From positions 128,001 to 192,000 of the forward strand of contig CAVXTM010000010.1 of NCBI GenBank assembly GCA_963764725.1: a stretch of DNA of 64,000 bases, written 5' to 3'. Of the stretch, positions 29,526 to 40,517 are shown in pieces (position 1 is the stretch's first letter; each line of letters opens with the position of its first letter). A program made the position numbers and the translations under genes. The notes beneath the pieces were generated by a model. It made no database searches. It saw nothing but the letters and a program-made list of their open reading frames with translations, and was not told the origin of the DNA. This DNA comes from an uncultured Gammaproteobacteria bacterium. GTDB lineage: Bacteria > Pseudomonadota > Gammaproteobacteria > JACCXJ01.

Positions 29526-30911
29526 GAGTTATGATTGAAAGTTGTGGATGAAGGAGTAAAGGAGGCGGCGTATTCTTGATGGTCTTCAAGGTCATCAATT
29601 CCTACTGAAAGGAGTGAATACGCCATGAGTGAAGATAAAGTAATTGCGTTGAAGAATCCAGGGACGCCGGCTCCGGTCGCGGATGCGCTCACAGAGATTC
29701 TGCGGGCGGGTGCCCAACGGATGCTAGCGGCTGCGATTGAAGCGGAAGTTGCGGTTTTTCTGGAAGGTTTCATGGGACAGGAAACGGCGGAAGGACGCCA
29801 GCGTGTGGTACGTAACGGTCATCTGCCGGGACGGACGATACAAACCGGTGTGGGAGCGGTGGAGGTGAAAATACCGCGGGTTCGGGACCGGGAAAAGACG
29901 ATCCGGTATAACTCCTCGATATTGCCACCCTATATACGGCGCACCAAGACGCTGGAGGAACTATTGCCCTGGTTATACTTGAAGGGGATCTCGACAGGTG
30001 ATTTTCAGGAGGCGCTGACGGCTTTGTTGGGGCGAGAGGCGCCGGGCTTGTCGGCCAGCACGATCGGTCGGCTCAAGGCGGTATGGCAAGACGAGCACGC
30101 GCGCTGGTCACGGCGCGATCTATCGAACCGGCGCTATGTGTATCTATGGGTCGACGGTATCCATTTCGGGGTACGGCTGGAAGATGCGGCCCAGTGCATT
30201 CTGGTGGTGATCGGCGCGACGGCTGAGGGTAAGAAAGAATTGGTGACGCTCGCCGATGGCTATCGGGAAAGTGAAGCGTCCTGGCGGGAAGTGCTATTGG
30301 ATCTGAAAGCCCGTGGCTTGAAGCTCGATCCGCATCTGGCCACCGGCGATGGGGCCTTGGGATTCTGGAAGGCATTACCGCAAGTCTTCGGCATGACCCG
30401 TGGTCAACGCTGTTGGGTACACAAGACTGCCAACGTGCTCAACAAGCTACCCAAGAGCCAGCAACCTAAGGCCAAGGCGGCGCTGCAGGAGATCTGGATG
30501 GCAGCCACCCGGCAGGAGGCCGAGCGCGCCTTCGATCGCTTTCTGATCCTCTACCGTCCCAAGTATCCGAAAGCTGCGGAGTGTTTGGAAAAAGATCGGG
30601 GGTCACTGTTGGCCTTCTACGATTTTCCGGCAGAGCACTGGATCCATCTTCGGACCACGAATCCGATCGAATCCACCTTTGCTACGGTCCGGCTGCGCAC
30701 CAACAAAACCCGCGGCTGCGTGTCTCGAGAAAGCATTTTGGCGATGGTATTCATGTTGGTAAAAAGTGCCGAGCGACATTGGCGGAAACTGTATGGAATT
30801 CCCCGCCTCGCTCAAGTCATCGAGGGAGTTATTTTCAAAGACGGCCTATGGGAAGACCCCGAAAGAATCGCCGCCTAACCTAGCTCCGTACACAACATTT
30901 GACTATTTCTC
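29526..30911 (+). mobile_element. IS256-family insertion sequence
   Basis: Perfect 9-bp target duplication CAAATACAC (29517-29525, 30912-30920); imperfect terminal inverted repeats. Confidence 0.93.
29625..30878 (+). CDS. IS256-family transposase
   Basis: YLKGISTGDF, YLWVDG, GDGALGFW, QRCWVHK, RTTNPIES. Confidence 0.95.
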   Translation: MSEDKVIALKNPGTPAPVADALTEILRAGAQRMLAAAIEAEVAVFLEGFMGQETAEGRQRVVRNGHLPGRTIQTGVGAVEVKIPRVRDREKTIRYNSSILPPYIRRTKTLEELLPWLYLKGISTGDFQEALTALLGREAPGLSASTIGRLKAVWQDEHARWSRRDLSNRRYVYLWVDGIHFGVRLEDAAQCILVVIGATAEGKKELVTLADGYRESEASWREVLLDLKARGLKLDPHLATGDGALGFWKALPQVFGMTRGQRCWVHKTANVLNKLPKSQQPKAKAALQEIWMAATRQEAERAFDRFLILYRPKYPKAAECLEKDRGSLLAFYDFPAEHWIHLRTTNPIESTFATVRLRTNKTRGCVSRESILAMVFMLVKSAERHWRKLYGIPRLAQVIEGVIFKDGLWEDPERIAA

Positions 30912-31387
30912 CAAATACACAAGCTGAAATGGCTCCGAACTGTCGAATCGCTTTGATAACGCCTCCCAGAACACATGTTGAAGACCAAAAAACGCTATCC
31001 ATAACCACAAGTTTCTCGGAGTCCCGTATCACGGATTGAATGTTGCTGTCCCACCATTCTGCTCTGGTCGCCTTTACCTCGATATCGTTACTGTGCCATA
31101 GTGAGAGCGCGCGAGATCGAATTAACGGCCAGCTGAGAAACCCGAAGACAGTAACTCCAAGGATTAAGAATAACCCCCGTACTAATTCTGGAGTGACCCA
31201 ATGAGGGAACCCAGTAATAATAAAAGCCGCCCACTTGTCTGGGCCAAATCCGAGCGCCAGACAAATAGCGATGACCAGGGCACCCAAGAGCCTGCCAAGG
31301 AAGGTTCCGACCAGAGGTCCCCATAACATCTGCGCATGATATTACCGCCGACTACATATGCCAATGGTATACATACCTTGTTTTATA

Positions 31388-31425
31388 TCCCCTCATCCTA
31401 ACCTTCTCCCGGAGGGAGAAGGGAC
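31388..31425 (-). repeat. REP-like hairpin repeat, inverted relative to the copy at 27272-28876
   Basis: cccctcatcctaaccttctccc gga gggagaaggg. Confidence 0.75.
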
Positions 31426-31480
31426 TTATCATTTTGTCGTAGTGGTTTTGTTCAACATTTGGGCGGTAAGAATCTAGGCC

Positions 31481-32059
31481 ATGGAGATCTCCAAAATCGG
31501 CGTAAAGTTTTTTATCGAAGAGCAGGATCCTCTTGGGCTGGTCGAGTTTATTCCTATCGTGCATCGCTGGATCCAGAACCGTGCACTGCCGGATCTACTC
31601 ATTGATGTGGCCGACTATAGTCATGTCAACCAAGGCCCGGGGATCGTTCTTTTAGCCTATCAGGGAAACTACGGTATTGACGAGCACCGGGGGCGCAGAG
31701 GTGTGGTCTACTATCGAAAACGCCCGTTCAGCGGCGGCCTTTCGGATTGCCTCGCCTCCGTGTCCGAGCGGGCATTGCTTGCGTGTCAACGTCTCGAGCA
31801 AGAGCCCGGGCTTGCGGGGCGGCTGCGGATCCGCGCCAACGAGATCCAGGTGTTTGCCAACGACCGGTTGGCCGCGCCGAATACCGATCAGACTTTCGCG
31901 ACGTTTTCGCCGGCCTTAGAGCAGTTATTGGGAAAGCTCTACCCGGGCGACGAATTCACTCTGACTAGCGATCCCGATCCGAAAGAGCGCTTTTCCGTTA
32001 CCGCCGGCGTCGCTGGCCCGCAATCGACAACAAGCTTGCTCGGTCGCTTGGCGTCTTAG
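31481..32059 (+). CDS. Conserved hypothetical protein
   Basis: Clean 192-aa ORF; HRWIQ...LIDVADYSHV..GPG, NDRLAAPN. Confidence 0.8.
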   Translation: MEISKIGVKFFIEEQDPLGLVEFIPIVHRWIQNRALPDLLIDVADYSHVNQGPGIVLLAYQGNYGIDEHRGRRGVVYYRKRPFSGGLSDCLASVSERALLACQRLEQEPGLAGRLRIRANEIQVFANDRLAAPNTDQTFATFSPALEQLLGKLYPGDEFTLTSDPDPKERFSVTAGVAGPQSTTSLLGRLAS

Positions 32060-32116
32060 GGGATCCGACGACGATCCAATGGGCTCACGCGCTGAGAGCT
32101 TTGCGAGATCGGTTTT

Positions 32117-33112
32117 TCACACTCCCTCATTGGGCCGACTCCGAAGCTCATCCCTAAGGGATCGATACTCTCCCAAGACCTTTTCCAGCGGTATCTCGCC
32201 CACTGTCGCACCTTCGTTCGCAGCCCGCACACAGCGTGAGTGTTCCGAGAGGGGCCGGTACTTGGTGTACTCGCGGTAGATATTGGCGTGCAATGACACA
32301 ATAGCCTTGTTGAAGGCCGAGGCGATATGCACGATCGAGGTATCAACGGTCAGAACAAGATCGGCGCACGCCACCGCCGCTACCGCTTCGATGATTGAAG
32401 GGGTCTCATAGAGACGGGTGTTTGCGGTGGATTGAATAATTTGCCGAGCTTGTACGCGATCTCTTGCCAAACAGCAGATGAGGAAATGGCGCTTGCTCTC
32501 CCTTGCAATCGTGTTGATGAGGCCTATCCATTTTTCGGTTTGCCACGTTCGATCGGAGATCGCGCCCGAGATATTCACTAAGTAGTAGGTGGAGACGGCG
32601 TGTTCTTTGAGGAACGCGCATAAGCGCTGCGCCGCCTGCGGATCGACGCCGAGCACAGGTCCCGCGTCCTGCGCATGAATCCCCAAAGGCTCCAGAACGC
32701 GCAAGGCGCGGGTGCTCATGTGCACCCCCAGTTGTTCGGTATCCGGGATCACCGAATGGGTGAAGACTCGCGGTTTACCGGGCGTGTTAAAACCGACGGC
32801 GGTGCGATAACGACCGATCCTAGCAAAAAGGCGACTTTGCCTCGAAGCGTGATCCCTGGGATCGATCCAGAGATCGAAACGGGTAGTGCGCAAGGTGTAG
32901 ATAAGCTGCAAAGTGCTCCAAGGCTTCTTGGTGTAAACATGCACCTTATCGACAAAGGGATGGGCCTGGACAGTTCGATAATTATTGCGCCCGGCCAGCA
33001 GGTGGACTTCGGGGATGGGATCAAGCTGCTTTAAGGCTCTCAAGATTGCCGTGACCAGCACTAGGTCCCCGATCCGTCCTAAAGCAACTACCAAGATCTT
33101 TTGCCGTTTCAT
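32117..33112 (-). CDS. GT9 heptosyltransferase-family protein
   Basis: RIGDLVL, DTSIVHIASA. Confidence 0.9.
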   Translation of the reverse strand: MKRQKILVVALGRIGDLVLVTAILRALKQLDPIPEVHLLAGRNNYRTVQAHPFVDKVHVYTKKPWSTLQLIYTLRTTRFDLWIDPRDHASRQSRLFARIGRYRTAVGFNTPGKPRVFTHSVIPDTEQLGVHMSTRALRVLEPLGIHAQDAGPVLGVDPQAAQRLCAFLKEHAVSTYYLVNISGAISDRTWQTEKWIGLINTIARESKRHFLICCLARDRVQARQIIQSTANTRLYETPSIIEAVAAVACADLVLTVDTSIVHIASAFNKAIVSLHANIYREYTKYRPLSEHSRCVRAANEGATVGEIPLEKVLGEYRSLRDELRSRPNEGV

Positions 33113-34113
33113 ACGTGATTGATTTGTCCTCGCGGCCAGTTCTCACCTTCGAGCAGAGCTAGCAGGCGCCGCTCGACGGTCTCCCAGCTCAGTGCCTCGG
33201 CGGCAACTAGACTATGGATAACCGCACCCGGTGATGCGCCTATTACGCCCGTTCGACGCGGATCGGTAGCACAGTAAAAAGCAAGCCCTGGACACCCTAA
33301 GGCGGCCGCTACATGCATAAGCCCCGTATCCACACCTATAACCGCCATGGCGTGAACCAACACCGCTGCTAGGGCATTGAGATCCAGCCTCGGCAACACC
33401 TGGACGCCAGATACAGAACTGGCTATATGCTCAGCACGTTTGCGTTCCGCCCAACTGCCCCAAGGCAGGAGCAAGCTGACACTTTGAGCATCGAGCCAGC
33501 GCGCAAGCTGCAGCCAGTAGTTCAGCGGCCATTCCTTTTGCGGTCGCGAAGTGCCATGCAGTCCGACAAGATAGGGCTGAGGCAGATCGCTTTGGCGTGG
33601 AAGCTGGATACGCATGGCTGTCAGGCCGTAATCGAGGGGAAGCCCGTCATGCCGATAATTTAGAGCAGCCGCGAGCAGTCGGCGATTTCGTTCTATAGCA
33701 TGTAGATCCCAGGGCACTGCAACGGTGCGCTGGTAAACCCATGCCGCGAGGGGTTCTCTCGCGCTCTTCCGGTCGTAGCCCCAGCGCAGCCCTCGAGCCC
33801 ACGAGGCGAGAAGGGCGCTCTTGTAAAGCCCCTGGCTGTCGATCACGGCAAGATAGTCTTGCCTGCTTAATTGGGCTCTGAAAGTGCTGATCTCCCGCCA
33901 GGTCAAGCGCCGCGCCAGTGTGCTACACCAACGACGAAAGGCGACAGGCAGCACCTGATTTACTTTGGGATGCCAGCTCGGGATAGCGCTATACCCTTCT
34001 TCCACCACCCAGTCTACGCCAAGCCCGTGACAACAGCGTGCGGCATCGCTTACCGCCGGCAGCATATGCACCACATCGCCAAGCGATGAGGTCTTGACGA
34101 CCAATATCCTCAT
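33109..34113 (-). CDS. waaC: Lipopolysaccharide heptosyltransferase I
   Basis: VKTSSLGDVVH, DSQGLYKSA, HAIERNR, DTGLMH. Confidence 0.92.
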   Translation of the reverse strand: MRILVVKTSSLGDVVHMLPAVSDAARCCHGLGVDWVVEEGYSAIPSWHPKVNQVLPVAFRRWCSTLARRLTWREISTFRAQLSRQDYLAVIDSQGLYKSALLASWARGLRWGYDRKSAREPLAAWVYQRTVAVPWDLHAIERNRRLLAAALNYRHDGLPLDYGLTAMRIQLPRQSDLPQPYLVGLHGTSRPQKEWPLNYWLQLARWLDAQSVSLLLPWGSWAERKRAEHIASSVSGVQVLPRLDLNALAAVLVHAMAVIGVDTGLMHVAAALGCPGLAFYCATDPRRTGVIGASPGAVIHSLVAAEALSWETVERRLLALLEGENWPRGQINHV

Positions 34114-34319
34114 GGGAGATCTATGCGACCGATTGCCCCTCGATCAACCGATCTAATCCTTGCGCCGCTCGCGTAGCCACTTCATTCTTGGAGATCGCGT
34201 TTGCATTTCCTCAGCCGAAGGAACAACCCTCTGCGGGCTCTGCTGCTTACGTGACGCGGCGGCAACACCATTAACTGTGACCGTGGCTTCAGCCCGTGGG
34301 GAGAAAAACAAAGCCGTTA

Positions 34320-35084
34320 TTATTCAGAATCAGAGCGCTCTTTTCGATCAGGGAGATAGGCCAGTTTTAGATAGCGGTAATAAGTACCTTCCGCATTTGA
34401 AATAGCGAGCATTAAACCCTCCCGGCCATCCAGCAACCCTGCTTTCAAAAAATAGGTCCTAATAAAGGCCCATAGTCCATGGGCGAGGGCGGCCCCTAGC
34501 CCTCCCCGCTTCCCCTGCTCACGCAACAACTGGGCACCCTCGCTGGAATAGCTATTTATCTTGTCCAAAACCTCCTCCAGGGAACCATAGGTCTCATGGA
34601 TCAGCGGTTCTTGCAAGCGTCCGAGCGGTCCCGTCATGATAACCTTTTCATGGACCCGTCTATTGCAAAAACGACCCTGTTCCCTCTTGAACAAGCGCAG
34701 CACAGGATCCGGCCACCATCCGCCATGGCGTAGCGCCCGGCCGCAGTAGCTGGACCGCCGTGGGATTTCATAGCCGACAAAGCGCTCCGAACGGATGGCC
34801 TGCTGGATCTCCTGTCGTAGCGCAGGCGATACGCGCTCATCCGCGTCCACCGAAAGGACCCATTCACCGGTCGCATAGCTCAAGGCCCGGTTCTTCTGGG
34901 GGCCGAATCCGCACCAATCTTCACGGACATAAACCTTGTCGGTATATTCACGGCAGATGGCGACCGTATCGTCGTGGCTGCCCCCGTCCACCACCACGAT
35001 CTCGTCGGCCCAGGCTACGGACTCGAGACAGGCGCGGATATCGATCCCTTCCTCCTTGGTGATGAGGGTGACACTTAAGCTCAT
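34320..35084 (-). CDS. GT2 LPS core glycosyltransferase (WaaE/KdtX-like)
   Basis: CLESVAWADEIVVVD, GFGPQKNRA, DADE, VHE. Confidence 0.9.
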   Translation of the reverse strand: MSLSVTLITKEEGIDIRACLESVAWADEIVVVDGGSHDDTVAICREYTDKVYVREDWCGFGPQKNRALSYATGEWVLSVDADERVSPALRQEIQQAIRSERFVGYEIPRRSSYCGRALRHGGWWPDPVLRLFKREQGRFCNRRVHEKVIMTGPLGRLQEPLIHETYGSLEEVLDKINSYSSEGAQLLREQGKRGGLGAALAHGLWAFIRTYFLKAGLLDGREGLMLAISNAEGTYYRYLKLAYLPDRKERSDSE

Positions 35085-35108
35085 GTTAAGCGAGGCACCC
35101 CTCCCATA

Positions 35109-36344
35109 CTATGGATCAATCCGACGTGTGCTATCCTCACTTTCTAACGCCAGCATCGCGCCACACCATAAGGCTAGAAAACGTCCCTCGGAAAAGGTGG
35201 AAAAATGGGAACTGAAAAGGCTCGTGGCGCACCACGACACCAAGACACCGAGTCCGAGGATACGATAGGGCAAGGAAGCCTTCTGGCGGAAGGCGAACAG
35301 GATGAATGTGAGGAAGACGGCTAAGCCGAACAGGCCGTATTCCGCCGTGATGTTGAGAAACTGATTGTGGGGATCGCTAGCAACTAGCCCTTGCCAACCC
35401 GATACGCCCACGACCTCGTGGCGATACGCTTGTTCGAATCCCCCCGTGCCGCAACCGAACCACGGACGCTCGCCGATCAAGTCAAGCGTGTTTTCCCATA
35501 TTACGACGCGCCGGCCCATCGATGTCCGTTCGAGGGATTGGTCATAGTTCCGTATCTCATGTAGCGCCTTCGTCACCCTCTGCTGCGCTACCGGCGACGT
35601 GGCCAGCAACACGGCTGCTAGCGCCGGCACCAGCACGGCCTGAGCATAACGCGCGGGGCCCCGAACCAAGAACATCGCGAAGGTGGCACAGAGCACCATC
35701 AGTACCAAATAACCGCTGCGCCCTTTGGTCACGTATACGATGTTGGCAACCAAGAGGACGAAGCTCATCTCTAAGAACCGTCTCTGGAAGACTTTCAAGT
35801 CCGCGGCAGAGCGCCATAGGACGGCGGCGGTAAAGGCAGCGACAGCGAAGATCATGCCCTGCGTCGCATGATTGCGTATCGTGATCCCGGGAGGATACTT
35901 GTAAATGTTCAAATTCATTATCAAGCTCAGGTAGGATACTAAGGCACACAGGGTAGCCACAGCGATCAAGATCCAGGCAAGCCGCCGCTTCCAATGCGTG
36001 TCGTCGAAAATGGCTGCGGCCAGAGGCAAGAGCAGCAGTTTGCGCCAACTCCACCACATGCTCAGGCTGTCGTGCCACGGTACGATGCTGTAAAGCGTGC
36101 CGATACTGATCAAGGCATAGAGCGCGAGCCCGGCCGTAACCAACGGTTGGCGGAGCGCGGCAAGCAGCCGTGCACGTAGGTCTGCTGCAAACGCGAAGCA
36201 TGCAACGAGCGCCACCTCCGCGAGAGTGGTCAGGGGCGGTGAGAACAGAAGCGCGACCATGGTCAAGGCGACGCTCCAGCGCGCAGCCTCGAGGGCCTTG
36301 CCGGTGTGCGAGGCGGCCCGCATGCGAGTTCGGGAAGTTTGCAC
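35109..36344 (-). CDS. waaL: O-antigen ligase family protein
   Basis: Multi-TM; GRSGY, SMGRR, PHNQFL. Confidence 0.85.
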   Translation of the reverse strand: MQTSRTRMRAASHTGKALEAARWSVALTMVALLFSPPLTTLAEVALVACFAFAADLRARLLAALRQPLVTAGLALYALISIGTLYSIVPWHDSLSMWWSWRKLLLLPLAAAIFDDTHWKRRLAWILIAVATLCALVSYLSLIMNLNIYKYPPGITIRNHATQGMIFAVAAFTAAVLWRSAADLKVFQRRFLEMSFVLLVANIVYVTKGRSGYLVLMVLCATFAMFLVRGPARYAQAVLVPALAAVLLATSPVAQQRVTKALHEIRNYDQSLERTSMGRRVVIWENTLDLIGERPWFGCGTGGFEQAYRHEVVGVSGWQGLVASDPHNQFLNITAEYGLFGLAVFLTFILFAFRQKASLPYRILGLGVLVSWCATSLFSSHFSTFSEGRFLALWCGAMLALESEDSTRRIDP

Positions 36345-36359
36345 GAATAACGTGGCGGC

Positions 36360-37145
36360 TTAGCTCCTGTTCGCCCAATCCGCCTTCAGACGCGCGAGCC
36401 AGCCGTGCAGCCGGTGTCGTTGGAATTTGTTCCAGCGATAGCGCAACTGATTGACCCACCTGCTGTGCTTCTGCCGGTGGCGATCGAGCACGCTGGGAAA
36501 GATGCCGGTCACGCTCCCTTGTTCGACGATGGGGCGGCGCAGCCAGTAATGCGCTGTACCCACATGCTCGTCTATCTGACGGATCAGGTGATCAGCGGTC
36601 CGAGTGACTCGGTTTGCCTCCAGCCATTCGAGCCGGCGGCGCATCGCTGCGAGGTCGGTGACATAGCCCTCGGTCGTCGCGATGGGGAGAGGGACCAGGG
36701 GCTCGGTCGCGAGGTGATAGAAATCCGGTACTTTGGTATCAGCACCGCCAAGGAATATAAGATAACCCTGGGATAACCGTTTGGCAGCGCACATGGCCTG
36801 GTCAAAACGGGTGCGAAAATCCGTAGCTAGAATGACGTCATCCTCGAACACCAGGATCCGCTGTAACCCTCTCGCGTCCGCTTCGCGCCATGTCTGGATG
36901 TGCTTCAGGACTAGCGATTGATGCGTTCGCATCAAACCCGAAGGACCGAAAACGTTTGCCAGCATCTCGTCATCGAGCTCATTCGGGTCGTGGGTCCACA
37001 TGAACTCAAACGCGATGCCATGTTGGGATAGTTGTCTCGAAACATGGTCGATGCGGTGTGTAAACGCCTTGACGCTGAGGACGTATACGGCATCCACCCA
37101 CGCATTAACAGACAAGGGTGAAAGCGATGAATCGGCGCTTGCCAT
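36360..37145 (-). CDS. GT25 glycosyltransferase
   Basis: SLVLKH, LVFEDD, IVEQGS. Confidence 0.85.
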   Translation of the reverse strand: MASADSSLSPLSVNAWVDAVYVLSVKAFTHRIDHVSRQLSQHGIAFEFMWTHDPNELDDEMLANVFGPSGLMRTHQSLVLKHIQTWREADARGLQRILVFEDDVILATDFRTRFDQAMCAAKRLSQGYLIFLGGADTKVPDFYHLATEPLVPLPIATTEGYVTDLAAMRRRLEWLEANRVTRTADHLIRQIDEHVGTAHYWLRRPIVEQGSVTGIFPSVLDRHRQKHSRWVNQLRYRWNKFQRHRLHGWLARLKADWANRS

Positions 37146-37435
37146 GAGGAACTATTATCTCTGGGATTTCGTGATTGAAGTTGCGGGCAGTATTTTCTGA
37201 TTCAAAGATGAGTCTGAAAAAAGGTAGTAAAGCCTGGCCACCTAGGGTGAAAGAGTACTGGCCTTCCGGAGATAGTTCGTTGATCGTGCCGAGCATGATG
37301 TACCTCATGGCCAATCTCCTTCGTTTCCGGGAATGTGTCTTAGTATACCGCGGGCATCGTTAAGCACGAACATGGTGGCGTTTGGGGCACGAAGCGGTGT
37401 GCCCTGGGTGTGCCCCCTCGTAGCGTGAAAACTAG

Positions 37436-38314
37436 CTACGTCAGCGCCCGCCCGGTGAGCCGCTCGAGGGTGCGCAACGGCGAGGACGCAGGGTCGTAGA
37501 GAGCCTGCACCGGAAGGTACACGTCTGTTCCAGCATGAACTGCCCGCTCATCGCCGCGTGAGAAGTCTGGTCGGAGAAGCAGATCCACACGCTGCCCGCG
37601 GCAAAGGACACGGTGGTCTGAGGCGCGTTTCGCTGATAGTCAAGGTCGCTCTTCATGCAGTCGTGCAGCACGAGCATGAAGTGGTCGTACGCGCTGCGCC
37701 GCGACTTGGTGATGGACAGCACGTCCATCAGCCATGCCGACCCGGGCAGTGGAGGCCGGATCCGCGGGAGCAGGCGCATCGCCATGCTCTCGAACGCCTC
37801 GCCCACACGCCAGACTCTCGGTTCGGCGTTCGGATGGACGTTGGCGAACACGCGGAGAATGCGCAGGCCGCGGTTCGGACGGGAAGGGAAAGCATCTATG
37901 TGCAGCCGTGAATCGTCCTTGCGCCAGGACGCCGCACGGCCTTCCACGCGCACTGGCCGGTAGCTCGTGCCGGCCGGCTGCAGCTGCGGCACGTACGCCG
38001 GAAACAGCCGCGCGATCAAGCCGACCGCTTGCGCCCGGAAGCGCGCCACAAGCGCGCGCAACTCCGCCACCTCGTGTGGGGACCCGGCTGCACCCTTGAG
38101 GGGCGCGTCGTCGTTGTCGAGGGCGATGTTCTTGCTGCGGCCGTTCGACCAACGCGGGTCGAGGAAGCGGTGTTCGTCCTCGCGAAACGCGAACGCGAGA
38201 CGCGGCAGGTACAACACCCGGCCCGCTTCGATTTCCCGCGCCAGGGACGCACCGGCCTCCGCCACCCGCGGGCGGCGTCCAGGTATCGAGCGCGAGCGTA
38301 TGGACGGCGTTCAC
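37436..38314 (-). pseudogene. Kdo hydroxylase (KdoO-like) with two frameshifts
   Basis: SWRKDDSRLHIDAFPSRP, RILRVFANV, FSDQTSHAAMSGQFMLEQT; N- and C-termini lie in other frames. Confidence 0.85.
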
Positions 38315-38338
38315 GCTGCTGAAGAGGTTATCTCTCGG

Positions 38339-39362
38339 TCATGGGTTGGGCATGGAGAGCATCCGTTGCGTAAAGCTGATCAACCCCAAATCGGCCACAG
38401 CAAAGTCGTCCCTAGTCGGGGCAGCATCCGGGCTCCAGGCGTGGTAGAGGGGCACTTTGCCGTAGAAAGAGGCCCATTGTGTGAAAGTGCTCGGGGGCCC
38501 AATGAGTAGGTCGCAGCCCGCTAGGGCATACAGAATCCTCGACCGCCACGCCGCTGCTCACGTGGATTCGGAGGCCCCCCGGAAAGTCATTGGGGCGGGG
38601 AGCGCCATCGGAACACACTAGGAATCCCAGGCGGTGCCTCGGAAATATGTCACGAACCCGCCGCATCAGGTGGGCGTACTCGGGGTAATCGAAGTAATAG
38701 CGTCCGCTCAAAAAACCACGATAATCCCCGTGGCGCACGTGCACGCCAACCAGCAGGTCGCAGTCTGCGCGTGCCCGGCGGAGTATCGCTGCGATGGCAT
38801 CCCGATGCCTGGCCACCGGTACGAAGAATGCCCGAATGAGTTTCCCGTATTTGGGGACCCCCACGGCGTACCGGAAACCCCAGTCGCGCAGCAATACTAG
38901 CCGCGAACCCTCGATCAGGGAGGATATGGCCGGGCTCCCGAGCTCACAGGCCCCGGGACCGACAGGGGTTTCGATGCCTCGAATCCAGGGCGCAAGGGCG
39001 GGGAAACGGTTGACAGCGCGGGTGAGACCGAAGGCGACGTGATAGAGCAGGCGGGTCCATCGTATCGCTGCAAACAAAGGCAGGAGCAGCGATCGCACTG
39101 GGTGCGGCGGCGGAGCGGGGTAGGGCGAGAGGACGGTGGGGCGGGTAGGCTCGAACATCCCGGCGTAGGACTGAAAGGCGGGATTGAGAACGCGATAACC
39201 CCGTTCCTCCGCGAAGGCAATGACGTTCGCGAATAATATCAAACGGTTGGCAAGGCGCCCCGTACGCAGGGCGATCACTAGTCGCCTGCCGGGTGTTCTC
39301 GCGGTGTCGTTCATGCTGGGTCGGTCCAGGCCTTCCGGGCTGAAGGCCGTCGCGACAGCCAT
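38339..39362 (-). pseudogene. GT11/fucosyltransferase-like glycosyltransferase, frameshift near 38535
   Basis: GRLANRL, GVHVRHGDY; tail YALAGCDLLIGPPSTFTQWASFYG in a shifted frame. Confidence 0.8.
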
Positions 39363-39417
39363 CTAGCGGCTCGCTTCATCACACTGACGGCGCAAGCTGT
39401 TCCAATCCATAGCCGAT

Positions 39418-40284
39418 TCATTCGTGGACCAGCTTGAAGTGTTTTCGGCTGAGATCCACTCCCAACCAGTCCTCGATATGCATCATGAGCCAGTGCCGAC
39501 GTTCACGCCGGCTCGGCACGTGGGTCGGATCCGGTTCAAAGCCCTGCGCTGCCTCTTCGCTCAACCAGCGCCGTATCACCGCCGGATGCCGGCCAGAAAA
39601 TGGGCGCAGCGCCCTGGGGTCGATGGCGTAATGCGTAAACGACGGTGGCGCGTGTCCCCAATAGCGGCTCACCTTTTGGATCTTCGCCTGCATTTTTGCG
39701 GCAGAGCGCACGTGGCCATAATGGTGGATGGTTCCACCCGCGAGCGCCGCCCGCGGATAACGGCCCCGCTTATTTCGATCCATAACTACGAAATACAGCC
39801 CGTCGGGAGAATAGTTTCGGATCGTGTTGCGAATGATCCGCGGCGCCCGGCGATACCACCCTGGACTCACGGCTATCCAATCGGGGCTGCCGAAAAAGTG
39901 ATAATAGTCAAATACCAACGCTTCGACTCCAGGATCGGCCAGATGCCGCTTCATACTTTCACCAATAGCGGGCAGATCATCCTCGTGCAGGAGCTCGTCG
40001 CATTCGAGATACAAGGCCCAATCCCCCGTGCAGTTGAACTGGGCGATCATCTTCTGCTGAGCGTAGACGAAACCCTTGGCTCTCATCTGCTCGTTCCAGT
40101 GAGTGCTTAGAATGCGGAGCTTCGGATCCGCGATCGCCTGTACCCGATCCAGGGTATCGTCCTCGCTTAGCCCCACCGCCACTACGAATTCATCGCAAAG
40201 GGGTAAGGCAGAAACAATGCTCTCCACGAATGGATATCCGAGCATTGTTCCATTGCGAATAAAAGTGAAACCGCTGACGCGCAT
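39418..40284 (-). CDS. GT2 glycosyltransferase
   Basis: SGFTFIRNG..LGYPFVESI, CTGDWALYLECDE, HYGHV. Confidence 0.88.
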   Translation of the reverse strand: MRVSGFTFIRNGTMLGYPFVESIVSALPLCDEFVVAVGLSEDDTLDRVQAIADPKLRILSTHWNEQMRAKGFVYAQQKMIAQFNCTGDWALYLECDELLHEDDLPAIGESMKRHLADPGVEALVFDYYHFFGSPDWIAVSPGWYRRAPRIIRNTIRNYSPDGLYFVVMDRNKRGRYPRAALAGGTIHHYGHVRSAAKMQAKIQKVSRYWGHAPPSFTHYAIDPRALRPFSGRHPAVIRRWLSEEAAQGFEPDPTHVPSRRERRHWLMMHIEDWLGVDLSRKHFKLVHE

Positions 40285-40517
40285 GAGCCCTCGTGTTTAA
40301 AGGAGTTGATTAACGGTCGCCATCACCCGTTCGGGTTTAACGAAGACCGGTGGCGCCGAACCGCCTGCCACGGCTCAGCACCGCTTCTTGATGACGGCCG
40401 ATGTTCCCCCAGGGATCAAAGGTCTCATCGCACACCTCTACCTGCGCCTGCACGTGGAGTGGGGCTGCTATGTTACGCCAATATTACAGCCTAGCGTTTC
40501 ATGGCGTAAACTCCGCT

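Larger units (their letters stand above)
29187..31329 (-). pseudogene. Membrane-anchored hypothetical protein split by IS256 plus a frameshift
   Basis: Removing the IS and shifting frame near 30990 gives a continuous ...GLQHVFWEALSKRFDSSEPFQLVYLMLEDGNPF... Confidence 0.65.

Noticed and set aside
37105-37314. 69-aa ORF with a good RBS between GT25 and kdoO
   Set aside because: It has no supportable family assignment and overlaps the GT25 start; it may be a remnant and is left uncalled.
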